Positions 43,468-55,600 of a stretch of DNA of 64,000 nt are shown one piece after another (the stretch's first letter is position 1; each line of letters starts with the position of its first letter). The translations under genes were made by a program, and so were the position numbers. Origin of the DNA: Chrysomallon squamiferum (Eukaryota > Animalia > Mollusca); contig CM022677.1 in assembly GCA_012295275.1 (NCBI GenBank), positions 15,376,001 through 15,440,000 of the forward strand. The letters are read 5' to 3'. The notes beneath the pieces were generated by a model that was not told where the DNA came from, made no database searches, and saw only the letters and a list, made by a program, of their open reading frames with translations.

Positions 43468-45682
43468 TTTAAAGAATTAAAAATTAATTTGCTTGATTAT
43501 GGCGTCATTATGACAGCCTATGACAGTATCAAATAAAAGTAAAATCGGTTCATAGTACAAAATCTTAAAGGCATATGTCACTATAATTCATTATTAGAAT
43601 TCATTGTTAAAAAAGTGGTGTTTAGTTTTGTCTTAAAATGCTATTGTAATTATATTTCTTATTTAACAAACTTCAGTTTGATTAGTAACATCATGCAGAG
43701 TGATCTTGACTGCTCAAAATTTATATGAAAAATTCATTTTTTTTATTCAAGGGACAAATCGAAAAAAATAGTTTTTAGCAAAATAGGAATTTTACAATAA
43801 TTAATTAAGTAATAATAATAACTCAAATAAACAAACAAATAATGGAAATTGGCTCTTTATAAACTGTTGGAGTAAATATATGGTACTATTGAAATATTTT
43901 GTTCTAAATAATTTTAAAGAATGAGCTTATTCATCTAAATGTAGCAAATCAAATTTGGCTTGACACTGCTAAGGGATATAACTTTAACGTGTTTGTAAAT
44001 ATACAAAAAAGACTGAGTGTGGAGAGAGCGAGAAAGAGGGAGGTATATATATATATTAATAATGATTGTCAGATTATCTTTTGCTAGTTGACAATAAATA
44101 CACAAAACGTTGATCAATATATACATAATAAAAATAAAAACACGCAAAGACTATTCTTTATTTATTTATTTTTGTTTTAAATTATTTGAATGTACCTTAA
44201 CATTTTTAATGTTAAGAAATTGAAACAATTTCAGAAATATTTTCCATTTTCATTATTGTTTTTAGATAAGATGCAATGAGTTTGAATTTACAAATGTCAG
44301 GATTTAAATCAGTTAAGAACAAATCATATTTTCTTTTTTTTTTTAAATATTGTAACATAACCTGGCTATATTTTACTGTTAGGCAAAAACTCCAAACATT
44401 ACTAAAAATATTCAAAGTACTGAATTTGCATAATCTTATAATATATCTTAGAATAAAAAATGAAAATTTGAATCTGTAATTTGAATTTTTGTACAAACAA
44501 ATCAGCTTTAATTTCCATGCAGCTTGGAAATATATTAAATACCAAATTGTACTTCATTTTTTAAAGAGATTAATGTTCTTTTCTTTTCTTTTCTTTATTT
44601 CTTTATTTATTTTATTTTATTTTATTTTTTTTTTCCTAGTTTGTTAATTGAATTAAAGAGAAAATACAGATTATAAAATAATTAGAAGACATTTCCATTT
44701 GCACATTTTTGAACTAATGTTTTGAATATTTCCAAAATGTAAACAGCAAATTATAAAATACTCGGAAAAATTTCATTTATGTACATTTTTTCTCTTATTT
44801 TTTTATTATTATTATTTTTTTTTTTCGTTTTTAAATTATTATTTCCTAGTTTTAAACATTCCTTACAGAAATAATTATATTATTCTTTCTAAAATGGGAA
44901 AGGCAAATTATAAGAACTGGCAGAAATGTCTAAACAGAAATAACTGAATATTTAACTTTTACTATCTAGACAGGTTTTTAAGTAATTTCAACTTGAAGAT
45001 CCATAATTATATAATTATAAAAATATTTAGACAATGATTACCCCCAGCAAACAAAATCCTTTTCTTTTTTTTTCATAAAAATTCAGATTACCCCTAATTA
45101 CATAATCTTCAATTATATTTACACTGATTACCCCAGCAAACCCTTGATTTTCCTCTGATTTAAATAATATTTAAAAAAAAGATAGAAGAAATGTTTTTTT
45201 GTGTATTTTTTTTTTATAAAAAAATTCTAATTACTTCTAATTACAAAATTTTAAATATATTTAAAAACTGATTACCCCCTGCAAAACCCTGATTTTCCCC
45301 TGATTTAAATAATATAAAAATAAGGTGATTATAAAAATTAATACCTGTATGCAAAAACTTTCACATTCATTTTAGTTTATTTACAAAGCAATGATGAATC
45401 TCCATTCCTCTTTCAGTGAGAAAAGTTAGAATAACCAAGAACACATCAATGATAAAAACAGAGCAAGCTGCTATGAAGTACAATGTGTACACTGGATGTT
45501 CTGATCACACTGACAATGTAGTCTCTTGGAGATCACTGAGTGTTTGAAATTCAAATTATGTTTCAGACAGATTTTCTCTTGAAAGACTGTGATGTAAAAG
45601 CTTTCTGGTGAATCTTTTCTGAAAATGTGTCTTACAACATTTTCAACTAAGGCAGCTTGAATCTGTTGTCTAGGATCCTACA

Positions 45683-45790
45683 ACAAAATATAATAGTCAT
45701 TAATAAACAAAACATAATAGTCATTAATAAACTAAAAACAAAATATAATAGTCATTAATAAACAAAATATAATAGTCATTAATAAACTAA
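45683..45790. repeat. 24-bp minisatellite, about 4 copies
   Basis: ACAAAATATAATAGTCATTAATAA units. Confidence 0.9.
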
Positions 45791-46869
45791 ACATAAAATA
45801 AAGTGAAAGAAGCTCTAACTGCATTTCACTGTCTTTATTAAGGGTTTTTATATTCTTAATTTCAATAGATTAATATTGTAAATTTCTTTCACCTGTATTA
45901 AATCTATCTTTTTTCTGAGATTAGAGAGATATTAAAAATAGCAAATTACAAATTTATACAACTGTTCTGTTCACTGCTCTATTAGGCTGGCATGTAAATT
46001 ATTACAAAGTTTGTTGATGCATAAACCGTTATTACATTGATTCTGCACTAGCCAAACTTAACATCATTTAAAATATCAAGCAAATAGGCATGCTTTATGA
46101 AACGTTTATATAAAATTATCAGTATATAAAAATAAAATCATCAAAGAAGACAAACAATGTAAATATTTAAATTTAATTAATTGTTAATTTAATCTGAAAA
46201 AATCCTGACAATTTTCTTATAATTTCTCAGAAGAAAAAAGATAAATGCAGTTGAACACATTTGACTTAAGCATGAATACAAAATGAATTAGTACATTTAA
46301 ATAGCTATATTGTTATTTCTAAAACTGAAAATAAATCCTGATATAACTAATAAGTAAAACCATTTTGAGAACAATGTAAAGTTAATGAAGAAATAAAATG
46401 AGGGAAAACAAAACAAAATATGTTACTGATCAGTGAAAACATAATGTGTATTATATATTATATCCTTTTTCAATCCTTCTCAGGGCTTTAGTTTTTTGTT
46501 TTAAAGAAAAACAAAATTGTTGATGTTTTCTAACTATCCATTATTATTTATAGTCCAGATAAGATGGAAACACATGAGTGAGAGCTACTAAAAATAAAAA
46601 CGTAATGTGCTAAAATCCATACAACAAGAAAAACTGCTGACAGAATTTCCTAAACAAACAGTTCTTCAGATTTCCTAAAATCACTCATCTAGATCCATTA
46701 CTAAAATACACCATTAATGTAAATGAAATAACAATAAATCATTTCTTAATCATATTTCAGGCTCTGAATAAAACAAAGTTGAACTTAAAAATACTGAAAC
46801 ATAAGTAAATCCTAATGAAAACATTAAATTATCTCTCAAAATGCTTTTGTGTACATATGTGACCTTTGA

Positions 46870-47378
46870 CCTCTTACCTGAAGAAATTGTAGCAGTAGCA
46901 GTTAGAAAGAATGCAAGAAGCATTGGTTGCCCTTCTGGTATTCTGAAACAGAAATATAGTCGACACCAGTTTGATTTATGTCCTGAAAGACTCCTGAGTG
47001 AATCTGACATTAACAGTATGTCACTTCATCAAGTCAACAAAAAGCAGTCTCAACACGGTGGTCAGGGTTTTGTCAAGTGCACTTGTAATGGACTTAAGAG
47101 ATGTCGGAATAAGTGATGTGCTTGTTTCAAAAATAGTGTTTTGTGTAATAACAGAACTCGCAACATTGTAAATTGTTTAAATAAATGAAGTATGTATTAT
47201 GTGTCACCAATGCATTATACTGGTAAATTTGTTGTTACATGTATTTGATTATTCAATACAGATGAAACATAGTTTAGTTATCAGAAAACACCAAGAAATA
47301 CCCTTTAGTCATTTGTCCTAATGACTAGTGTTCTGAGTCATTTGACCAAATGACTGGTTTGACAAACTGACTGTCACA
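46870..47378 (+). mobile_element. 3' fragment of a Ginger2/KRBA2-like integrase-type DNA transposon
   Basis: SGILKQKYSRHQFDLC..GGQGFVKCTCNGLKRCRNK*CACFKNSVLCNNR is the Cys-rich tail of this family. It is followed by subterminal AGTCATTTG..AATGACT palindromic repeats ending ...TGTCACA at 47378. Confidence 0.6.
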
Positions 47379-49080
47379 TATATACCTCATCATATTCTCG
47401 GCCATACTTCTGGCAGGAAGCTTCGATAATTTTTTGATAAACAATTGCAGTTTTTGGAGTAAACATGAGCAGTAAGAAAGTGACAACCAAGCAGGCATTA
47501 CAAATGATAATGTCAGATTCTGAGGATGAGAATGTAGTGTTGGAATATGGAAATAATAGTGACTTTGAAAGTGAAGAGAGTGATGATGATGTTGTCAATG
47601 ATACAAATAATAACAGCACAAATGCAAATGAAGGTGAAAATGATTCTGCTGATAATCAAGACCCAGGTGGTGATGTTTTACAGCCAGTTAGGGTGGGTGG
47701 CTGTGGTAGAGGAATATGGTCTATGCTACATAGTGTAAATGAATTAGACCCAGAGCTAGACAAATCTGATAAGATTTACAAAATCACGGCCCATGTTCAA
47801 TCACTTGTTCAAAAAATCCAGGTTGCATTATACACTGAGAAGCAATCTGTCACTTGACTAGGGAATGATTCTGATTAAAAAAACTTCCTATCTATAAAAC
47901 AGTACACCAAAGATAAACCAATAAAGTGGGATATCAAAACCTTCCTAGTTTGTGACAGTGAGAATGGCTACATTTGTAGGGCAGAAGTATATAGAGGTTG
48001 CAGGAAGGATGCTGAAACCATTGAAAATCTTGGACTGGAAACCTTGTTGTTCATGTTGGAACGTTTCGTGACAAGCATTACTGTGTGTTTACAGACAGAC
48101 TCTACACTAGTGTATATTTGTGTGAGTGTTTGCTGGAAAAGAGAGGAATCTGCCTAGTGGGCACTGCACTTACAAATCACAAACCTTTTCCAAAAAAACT
48201 GACCAAATCAAAAAGTCAGATCAGAAGGGGGCAGTTTGAACTATTGTTCAATGGAACTGTAGCAGCAATTGTTTGGTGTGACAAAAAGCCCATTTATTTT
48301 GTAATGTCTGCATTTATAGCCCACCCACCCCAGTACATGTACAAAGATATGATAGTAAACAGAAAAGAAGGCTTCCTGTGGGATGTCTGAAAGCTGTCCA
48401 AAGTTACAACATATAAAAATGACCAACTTACCAAGCTGCATCAGAGCAGACTTGATGATGGAATGTTGTTACATATGGCCATGTCCTCTTAGTATGAAGT
48501 GTTTTACTTGGGCTGTGAATAATGCCTACGAAATCATGTGGCCTTATCAGCTGCATAATCCCTAGGGGCAAAGAATGTTTACATTCCATGTGTTTGTTGA
48601 AAAATTTGCGGGCAATTGTCACCGTCTGTTACCAGTGAAAGTGCCTTTGTACACAGACAAACACCTCCAAGATTACAGACCTCACGAGCTGGAAAGAGCC
48701 TACCCATGCAACATCAAACAGTAGGTGTGTAGTGTGTCTGGAAAACCACAACAGGGCAGACAACAAAATCCTAGTGCTGCCTATAAGGACTTTCCCAAAA
48801 AGTCAAAAACAGTTTACTTGTGTAACTACTGTAAGGCTTTTTTGTGCATCGGGCTACCACAGCAAAACTGCTGGCATGACTGAAACACAAAAGTTAAGTT
48901 TTTGAGGTAGAAGTGAAAAATGCAATAAACAACATGGAATAGATATTGTATTTGTTTATTTATTGTAAATGACAACAAAGTAGCAGCACAAGAATGCAAA
49001 TACTCATAACTGACTTTTTGCAAATTTTCACTGGGAGCTCAGGGTGAAGATGGATGGGGTCATAGGGTTCAAAGGGTTAA
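47379..49080 (+). mobile_element. Decayed piggyBac transposon (PGBD4-like DDD transposase)
   Basis: Acidic N-terminus at 47465, then DKIYKI, QYTKDKPIKWDIKTFLVCDSENGY, FTDRLYTS, GICLVGT, WCDKKPI and Cys-rich CNYCKAFLCIG..NCWHD. The right end is GGGTTCAAAGGG|TTAA (TTAA at 49077-49080). Internal deletions and frameshifts; left TIR not seen. Confidence 0.9.
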
Positions 49081-49099
49081 AACAATGAGAATCAAAGGA

Positions 49100-49968
49100 T
49101 AAAAAGAAAAATAACTATGGTCGTATTTTCCTTGATTTCTGTATATATAACATGTTTATTATGAATGGGAGAGTAGGTAAAGACCCTAGTGTCGTAGATT
49201 ATGCAAATGTTGAATTCTTGTCCCTAACAGAAAACCTTTCTATTCTGCCTTTATGTATCAAACTACATATGGAAATAAATCTGAGAATACTGTAATTGTT
49301 ATTTCATCAAGCTCTAAGGAGGTCCCAAGGAAATGGTTTCATGATTAAAGAGCAAGAATTTTGCAATCATTTTGAAAAGCAGAAGCATTTGTTAATTAAA
49401 ATGCCCCAAAAATTACAAAATTGGAAGGAAACAGATGTTGACTCTGAATTTATAAATAATACAGTTTTTGATATAAATGTTATATTTGTAACTGCAGCCC
49501 AAATAAATTGGGAAAGAATCCACCTATAATACAATAAAGAAACATCCTTACAATAAATCCTGGTTTAACGAAGCTTGTAAAGCTACAAGACAGGAAGTCA
49601 GAAAATCCAGAAGAAGATATAGACAATATGGTTGAAGTATGCTGAAAGTTGACTTGAAGTATACTGAAAGCTGACTTGAAGTATAAACAAACATTAAACA
49701 GAGCTGTTAGGGAATACAGAATATCTATTAAACAAAAACTGAAAATACTAAAAACTTCAAATCCTAAAGAGTACCAGTCAATTCTGAACAACAACAAGCA
49801 GAGACGGTCAAAAGCTGATGTGTATCAATTGATTCTTTATTTCACTTTTTCAAAACTCTTAATAGCAATATTGATGAAACTTTGCCTGATCATATTACTA
49901 GAACTACACACTCAAAGACAAGAAACTACTAATGATATTTTGAACAAAACTTTTTCAACCAGGGAAAG
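49100..49968 (+). mobile_element. Decayed LINE ORF2 fragment (end of endonuclease plus linker; RTE-X-like), cut before the RT
   Basis: FIMNGRVGKDP.SVVDY, NKSWFNEAC, KLKILKTSNPKEY, NDILNKTFS. Confidence 0.7.
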
Positions 49969-52900
49969 GTCCACTGAGCTGGCCGTAGAACTGGACATGC
50001 TGGACAATTCAAAATGAAAAGTTGGTTTGGTAAAGATTATCACTAGTCATGGAAAAGTCAGTTAATCAACTTGAAATTTATAATTCTGTAAGTTAGGTAA
50101 AATCCTTTTAGAAAGATAGTTAATGCAAAGTCCAATTAATTACAGCATAGACTTTAATAAACTACAAAATCTAAATTTATCTTAGTAAGAAAAAAAACCC
50201 AGTTAGATGCAAAACTATGTTTTTTACTTATAAGTCGATTTTGGGTAATAAAAGAAATAACAAAGGTATAAAAATAGATTCCAATAAAGTACAAAATAAA
50301 GATAATTTATATATAAAAACACAATTACTTTAAGTATTTAAAACAATGTAGATTAAATTCAATACAAAGGTATTGTCTCTGTTTTTGAAGGTAAAACAAT
50401 ACAGTCAATTTAAGTATAAAGTCAGTTTAAATACTGAAAAACAAACTATTAATGTATAAAATACAGTCAATTTCAGTATTAAACTTTAAGAGAACTGTTA
50501 AAATGCTAAAGACAAAATCTTATTAGACAGAAAAGCAATTACAGTAAAGTATAAAACAAAGTCAAAGTAGAATAGCAGATGTCATCTTGAAGTACTGAAA
50601 AAGAAAGTGTATTCATTATCTAAGTTAGTTTCAGTATTAAGAAAACTAAAACTAAAAATAATGGAAAACAAAGACCATTTAATACAAAAAGACTTCAAGT
50701 AAAGCATCACCTTGCAGTTCTGCTGTTAGAAGACAGATCTTCCCTGGGGTGAGATGTACAGGGTGTGGTGTGAACTCCACAGCTTCTGTCCAGTTTGTGA
50801 AGTAGATGTCGAGCCACACCTTCTGCAGACTTCCTCGAGTGATGAGCTCTCTGTAGTACAGACATCACCTCCACCTGATCCTCACACTCCTTTACTGAAA
50901 TTAACATTGAAATTAAATATACATTTAGTAAAATAAGCATTACAGACTTATTGGAGTTAGCATAATACACTAACATGCACAGATGTCAAAAATTAACTAT
51001 TTTCACCATCTGTGCATTAGGCTAATTTCAGTGTCTATGTATTAACAGTTAATACACTGAAAAATAACATTACACATACAGAAAAGTAATTGAGATTAAA
51101 TCCTTATTACTGAAATGAAATACATGCATACTGAAAATTCTTTAGATGCTGAATTTTTAAATGATAAATAAATGTACATGCATGCGCACGCACATGCACA
51201 CACAGACAGATACACGCACAAACATATATACTCATTCTGAAATTAATAATCACTAATACTGAAATTGTAAAGATACACACACACATACACAAAAATTAAC
51301 TTCATTTACATATAAAAAAGAATGAATTTCAGTGGTGTAGCAATTACTGAAATAATATATTTTTAAATAAGAATTTTAGTTGTAAACTCACCCAGACTTC
51401 CAAGTCCTGCAGCTCTACAGTTAGCTAAAAAAACTCCCTTCTCACTCTCCAGCAGAACACACAACACTTCATATGCCTCTATCATCTGATCAGAATAGTT
51501 AATAGCCAACTGCAGCGCTGTGTTGTTAGACTCATACTTCCCCATCAACACCGTCAACCTCTCCAAGTAGGACTTGCTCTCATTCAGCGTCAGGTTAGCC
51601 AAGTCATTCTGTCACTTGAGGTGGTCAATTTTGCTCTGAAGTCTTTCAAACTCAATTTCAAACTCTTTCATGTTGGTTTCTCCTATCTCAAAACCACACT
51701 TGTACAAAGTCTGAACAATTTTCTACATGTTAGAACAGCCCTGTAAATAAATACTGTACTAAATGTTCGACTAATTTTGTATTTAAAAGCTGAAGTAGAA
51801 ATTGTGAAAAAGTTATAAGTCATGGGTTATTCTGTGTTATTGTCAAGAAACATAAGGTTTAAAATCAGTTAAATTCATATCAGATGTCATGAAAAATATA
51901 TCAATGACTTATTCTGTGTTATTGTTTAAGAATCTATTTGTTTTAGTTAATTTGAAACAGAATTGCCCAAGTGCAAAAAATATAATGTTAAAAATCAGAT
52001 ATTATGAAAAATAATGAGTAATTCTGTGTTATTGTTAAAAATGTATTTATTTTGGCAATTTGATTTCGAATGTTGGGAAACATTTGTAAATTTAAGAATC
52101 AGTTAAATTCATACTTAAAATTTGAAAAATACTGTCAATCATTCATTTTCTGTCAGTTTTATTTTTTCTGAGGTAATATGACTTGGAATAGTTTTGTATT
52201 TTCTCAAAAATAATATATATTTTCTCAACATTCCATATATTGAAAAATAAACAGAACACACACACTGTCTATCTCCAATGATTCCCTTATAGTCAAATGC
52301 AATAAAGATGAGAAATAAAATAAGAAATGTTTATTTATACCTCTCTCCTGTGTTAGGATTCACTTTAGTTACATGGAACATAAATGAATGACAATATGAC
52401 AAATATTTATTTATACCTCTCTCCTGTATTAGGATTCACTTGTGACTTTGTTGATGTAGAAGACAAATCTGTCAGAGGTAACTTATCTTGTAACTCTTTC
52501 AACTATAACAAAAATGTAACAATTTATCATGTAACTCTTTCAACTGTAACAAAAATGGAACAATTTATCCTCTAACTCTTTCAATTGTATAAAAATGTAG
52601 CAGTTTATTCTGTAAGTTTCAACTGTAACAAAATGTAACAATTTATATTCTAGCTTTTTCAACTGTAACAAAATAAAACAATTTATTCTGTAACTCTTTC
52701 AGCTGTAAACAAAAATGTAATAATTTATCCTTTAACTATTTCGCTATAAAGTTTAAAAAAAAAGTGTATTTACTAACAACTTTACAGTACTTCTTTTAAG
52801 AATGTAACAATTTCATGCAGTTACTAACAATTTAACTGTTACTCTTTCATAGAAAGACTTAATGCAGAAATTATTAACAAAAGCCACACTTTATAACTCA

Positions 52901-55216
52901 AGGAAAAAGCAATTTTAATAATTTTTGTGTTTTAATTCTACATACAAATACAAATGTAAATATAATTATTTTAATATTTATGTGGAGTTACCTTTCTTTT
53001 CAACTTCTCCCTGTCATCGTTAATATGTTCAATATGGCTATATAGCTGTTTAAGTTCTATTTTCTGTCTGCCTATCTGTTCTTGTAGAGCTGACATTCGT
53101 CGTTGTCTTTTTCTACGTCTTCTCTGAGACGTTGAACGACGTTGCGATCAACATCGTGGAGAGGAAAGTCTTTTCTTTCTGCAATGGCTGACTCCAGTTC
53201 TGTGACAACTCGGGAATAGTTTGCATTTATTTCATTACCCATTTCTAAAAAAAAAAAACACAAAAAAAAAACAAAAAAACATTTATAATTATTCTCGGTT
53301 TTAATGTTGTGTATACATTATTTAGTAATTAAAGAAAACAAAAACATGAACGAATTTTAATTTTATTCGTAAATTTAATTATATTTTTCTCTTGATCTAA
53401 TTAACTGATTGAAAAAATATCTCATTTTAATTATATATTTATTTGGAACTTTTCTTTTTAATTCCTTCATTCCGTCTAACAGTAAGAAAATGAGAAAAAT
53501 ATCTAATTTTAATTATATATTTATTTGTTACTTTTTTTTAATGCCTTCTAGCAGTAAGTTAACGAGAAAAATAAATTATAATTTAATATTTCAAAAAATC
53601 CAACAAATTATAATATGTTGCTATTTATATAATAAATTAAAATGAAAATTAATAAACTTTTAAAACAACTGGACATCTATCTAAAACAGCCAAAACTGTA
53701 CAGTCCAAAAAAAAAAAATATATATATAAAAGTAAATGATTACCAGATCTCGCAGACTGGGAGCCATTTGCATTATTCTCGTTGATACTTCCTCCATTAT
53801 TGCTTTTGTCCGATCATCGTCTTACACAGAAATGAAAAGAAAAAAAAAAAAACTAAAAAAAAAAAAACGTTCAAATGTCTTTACACTTTCTGGAAAATGG
53901 TATTTTCAACAAATTCCTAGAAATTATTTCTTAGTCTTTCATTAAACACAGTGAAGAACAGCAAGCTAATGGTGTTGTTTTACATCTGAAGAATGACTGA
54001 CTTGACTCATACAATGAAAGAAAACAATGGTTAAATGTCTTCACATATTTCTGGAATTTCAGGTTTTCAGGAATCTTTTCTTGTCCATTAAAAACAGTGA
54101 AAAAACAGCAAACAAATGGTATTATTTTACAATACATAATGACAAGCCAAAACTATGTTTCATTATGTGTCCAGATATATTATATTATTGTTTTTATCAT
54201 TCATTAAAAGCAGGGAAGAACAGCAAACTCACACTATATATTATTTAATAAAGACTACTGACCTGATGACATTAATCTGCTGTGTGTCTGTTTTCGTCAT
54301 CAGCTCTGCAATGACGTGTGAAGTTCAGTGACGCGTTCCTCGTAGCGTGCCGCCGTCTGGTCAACTCTGTCATCGAAGTCTTTCTGACTGTGAATCTTCT
54401 CAGTCTTAGTGACAACAAACAATCAGATTTCAGTAACAAACACATAAAATAATAATTAAACAGACAGGTTAAGAACATTATTTATTAATGCAAATATAAA
54501 ATCAAAATAAACTAATAATAATAATAAAAGAAAAATATTTATTAACGGTACATACATCCTTTTATACAATAAGAATGCAATATGCATTTATAAAAAAAAT
54601 AAAAAAAAAAATAATAAAATGTCAGAATATTTAGAATCACTAAAATATTTCAAGTTTTGAATGGTTTTTGGATATAACTGTGTATTAGTAAAGTTAAAAT
54701 ATACAGATTAAATTCTCTTAGTATTCAAAATCACAAGACATTTTTTTTTATGAATTTGAGTTAGTATATACTGTATTTATTGAACCTATGTAGTCTTTGT
54801 TTTAGTGTCTGCTTAAGAAAACATCATCAGTAAATAATCAAATAAATACATAAATAACCAAATAAGGCAGAAAGTAAATATGTAATAATTAAAACTTTTT
54901 AAATTTAAATTTGGTCATCAGATTAACGTAAATATTTTTCTAAAGCCTTTAGATAGCTTTAAGTCATCACCAAGAGTTATTGCCAAACATATTATTTTCT
55001 AGTCAGGCTATATTCTTATTGCTGTTACCAGAATAACAACATTAATTTCAGGCTAATGCGACTATAAAAAAAAAAATATATTAAAAAACAATAATTTCTT
55101 ACCTGACATTTAGTCTGTTATTTTTCTAAATGATCTCTTTCGGCTCTTACTTGTGCTAACCTGTTGTTCAGCTCGATTATCTCCGATTTCAGAGAGGTCA
55201 AGGCCGCCTGGTGAAG
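49969..55216 (-). pseudogene. MCC: MCC homologue, degenerate copy 2 (3'-truncated)
   Basis: Exons at 55216-55103 (LHQAALTSLKSEIIELNNRL..LEK*Q), 54404-54263 (ARYEERVTELH, frameshifted), about 53821-53744, about 53244-52992, about 52503-52416, 51740-51392 (GKYESNNTALQLAINYSDQMIEAYE; stops at 51725-51723 and 51614-51612), 50894-50711 and a stub at 49999-49969. Introns are homologous to copy 1. Confidence 0.92.
52488..52750. repeat. About 40-bp minisatellite (6-7 copies) derived from an MCC intron/exon junction
   Basis: Unit TGTAACTCTTTCAACTGTAACAAAAATGTAACAATTTATC.; the first unit overlaps the start of the exon. Confidence 0.9.
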
Positions 55217-55419
55217 CTGGGAAAGGAAAGAAATAATTTTAAATTATTACATTTTGCAACCAAATTAAAACATGTTATTTGTGAATTTTTGTGATTCAAT
55301 CTGTTTTATCATTCCTAAAGCCAATTAATGAAAAAAAATATTGATAATGAAAATAATAATAATAATAATATCACAAATAGTGATAACAAACTAAATATTG
55401 TTTGTCAAATGACAGAAAT

Positions 55420-55600
55420 GAATTATAGATTTACCACAGATTATGAAGGAAACATTTCCTTGAGGTCAATTTTGGTGTTACCGAACAAATAACCACTTGG
55501 AAGGATGGCACAATGAAATCAGTCAAATCGCCCAGAAGAGTCATCCGACCACAATGGAGAATTTCTGCATTTCAACTGCGAGCATCAACGGAAATATTTT
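55420..55600 (+). mobile_element. Mutator-like (MULE) transposase C-terminal fragment
   Basis: RTNNHLEGWHNEISQIAQKSHPT at about 55482-55550 matches the RTNNxxEGWH..HP motif around the catalytic Glu of animal MULE transposases. Confidence 0.75.

Noticed and set aside
47465-48910. Domesticated PGBD gene
   Set aside because: Multiple stops, frameshifts and large internal deletions, with a retained TIR/TTAA end, indicate a dead transposon.
21149-55216. A single functional MCC gene stitched from copy 2 5' exons and copy 1 3' exons
   Set aside because: Several exons and introns are present twice, and every possible path contains stops or frameshifts (55120-55118, about 54317, 51725, 51614, 21319) plus a dead acceptor at 23470.
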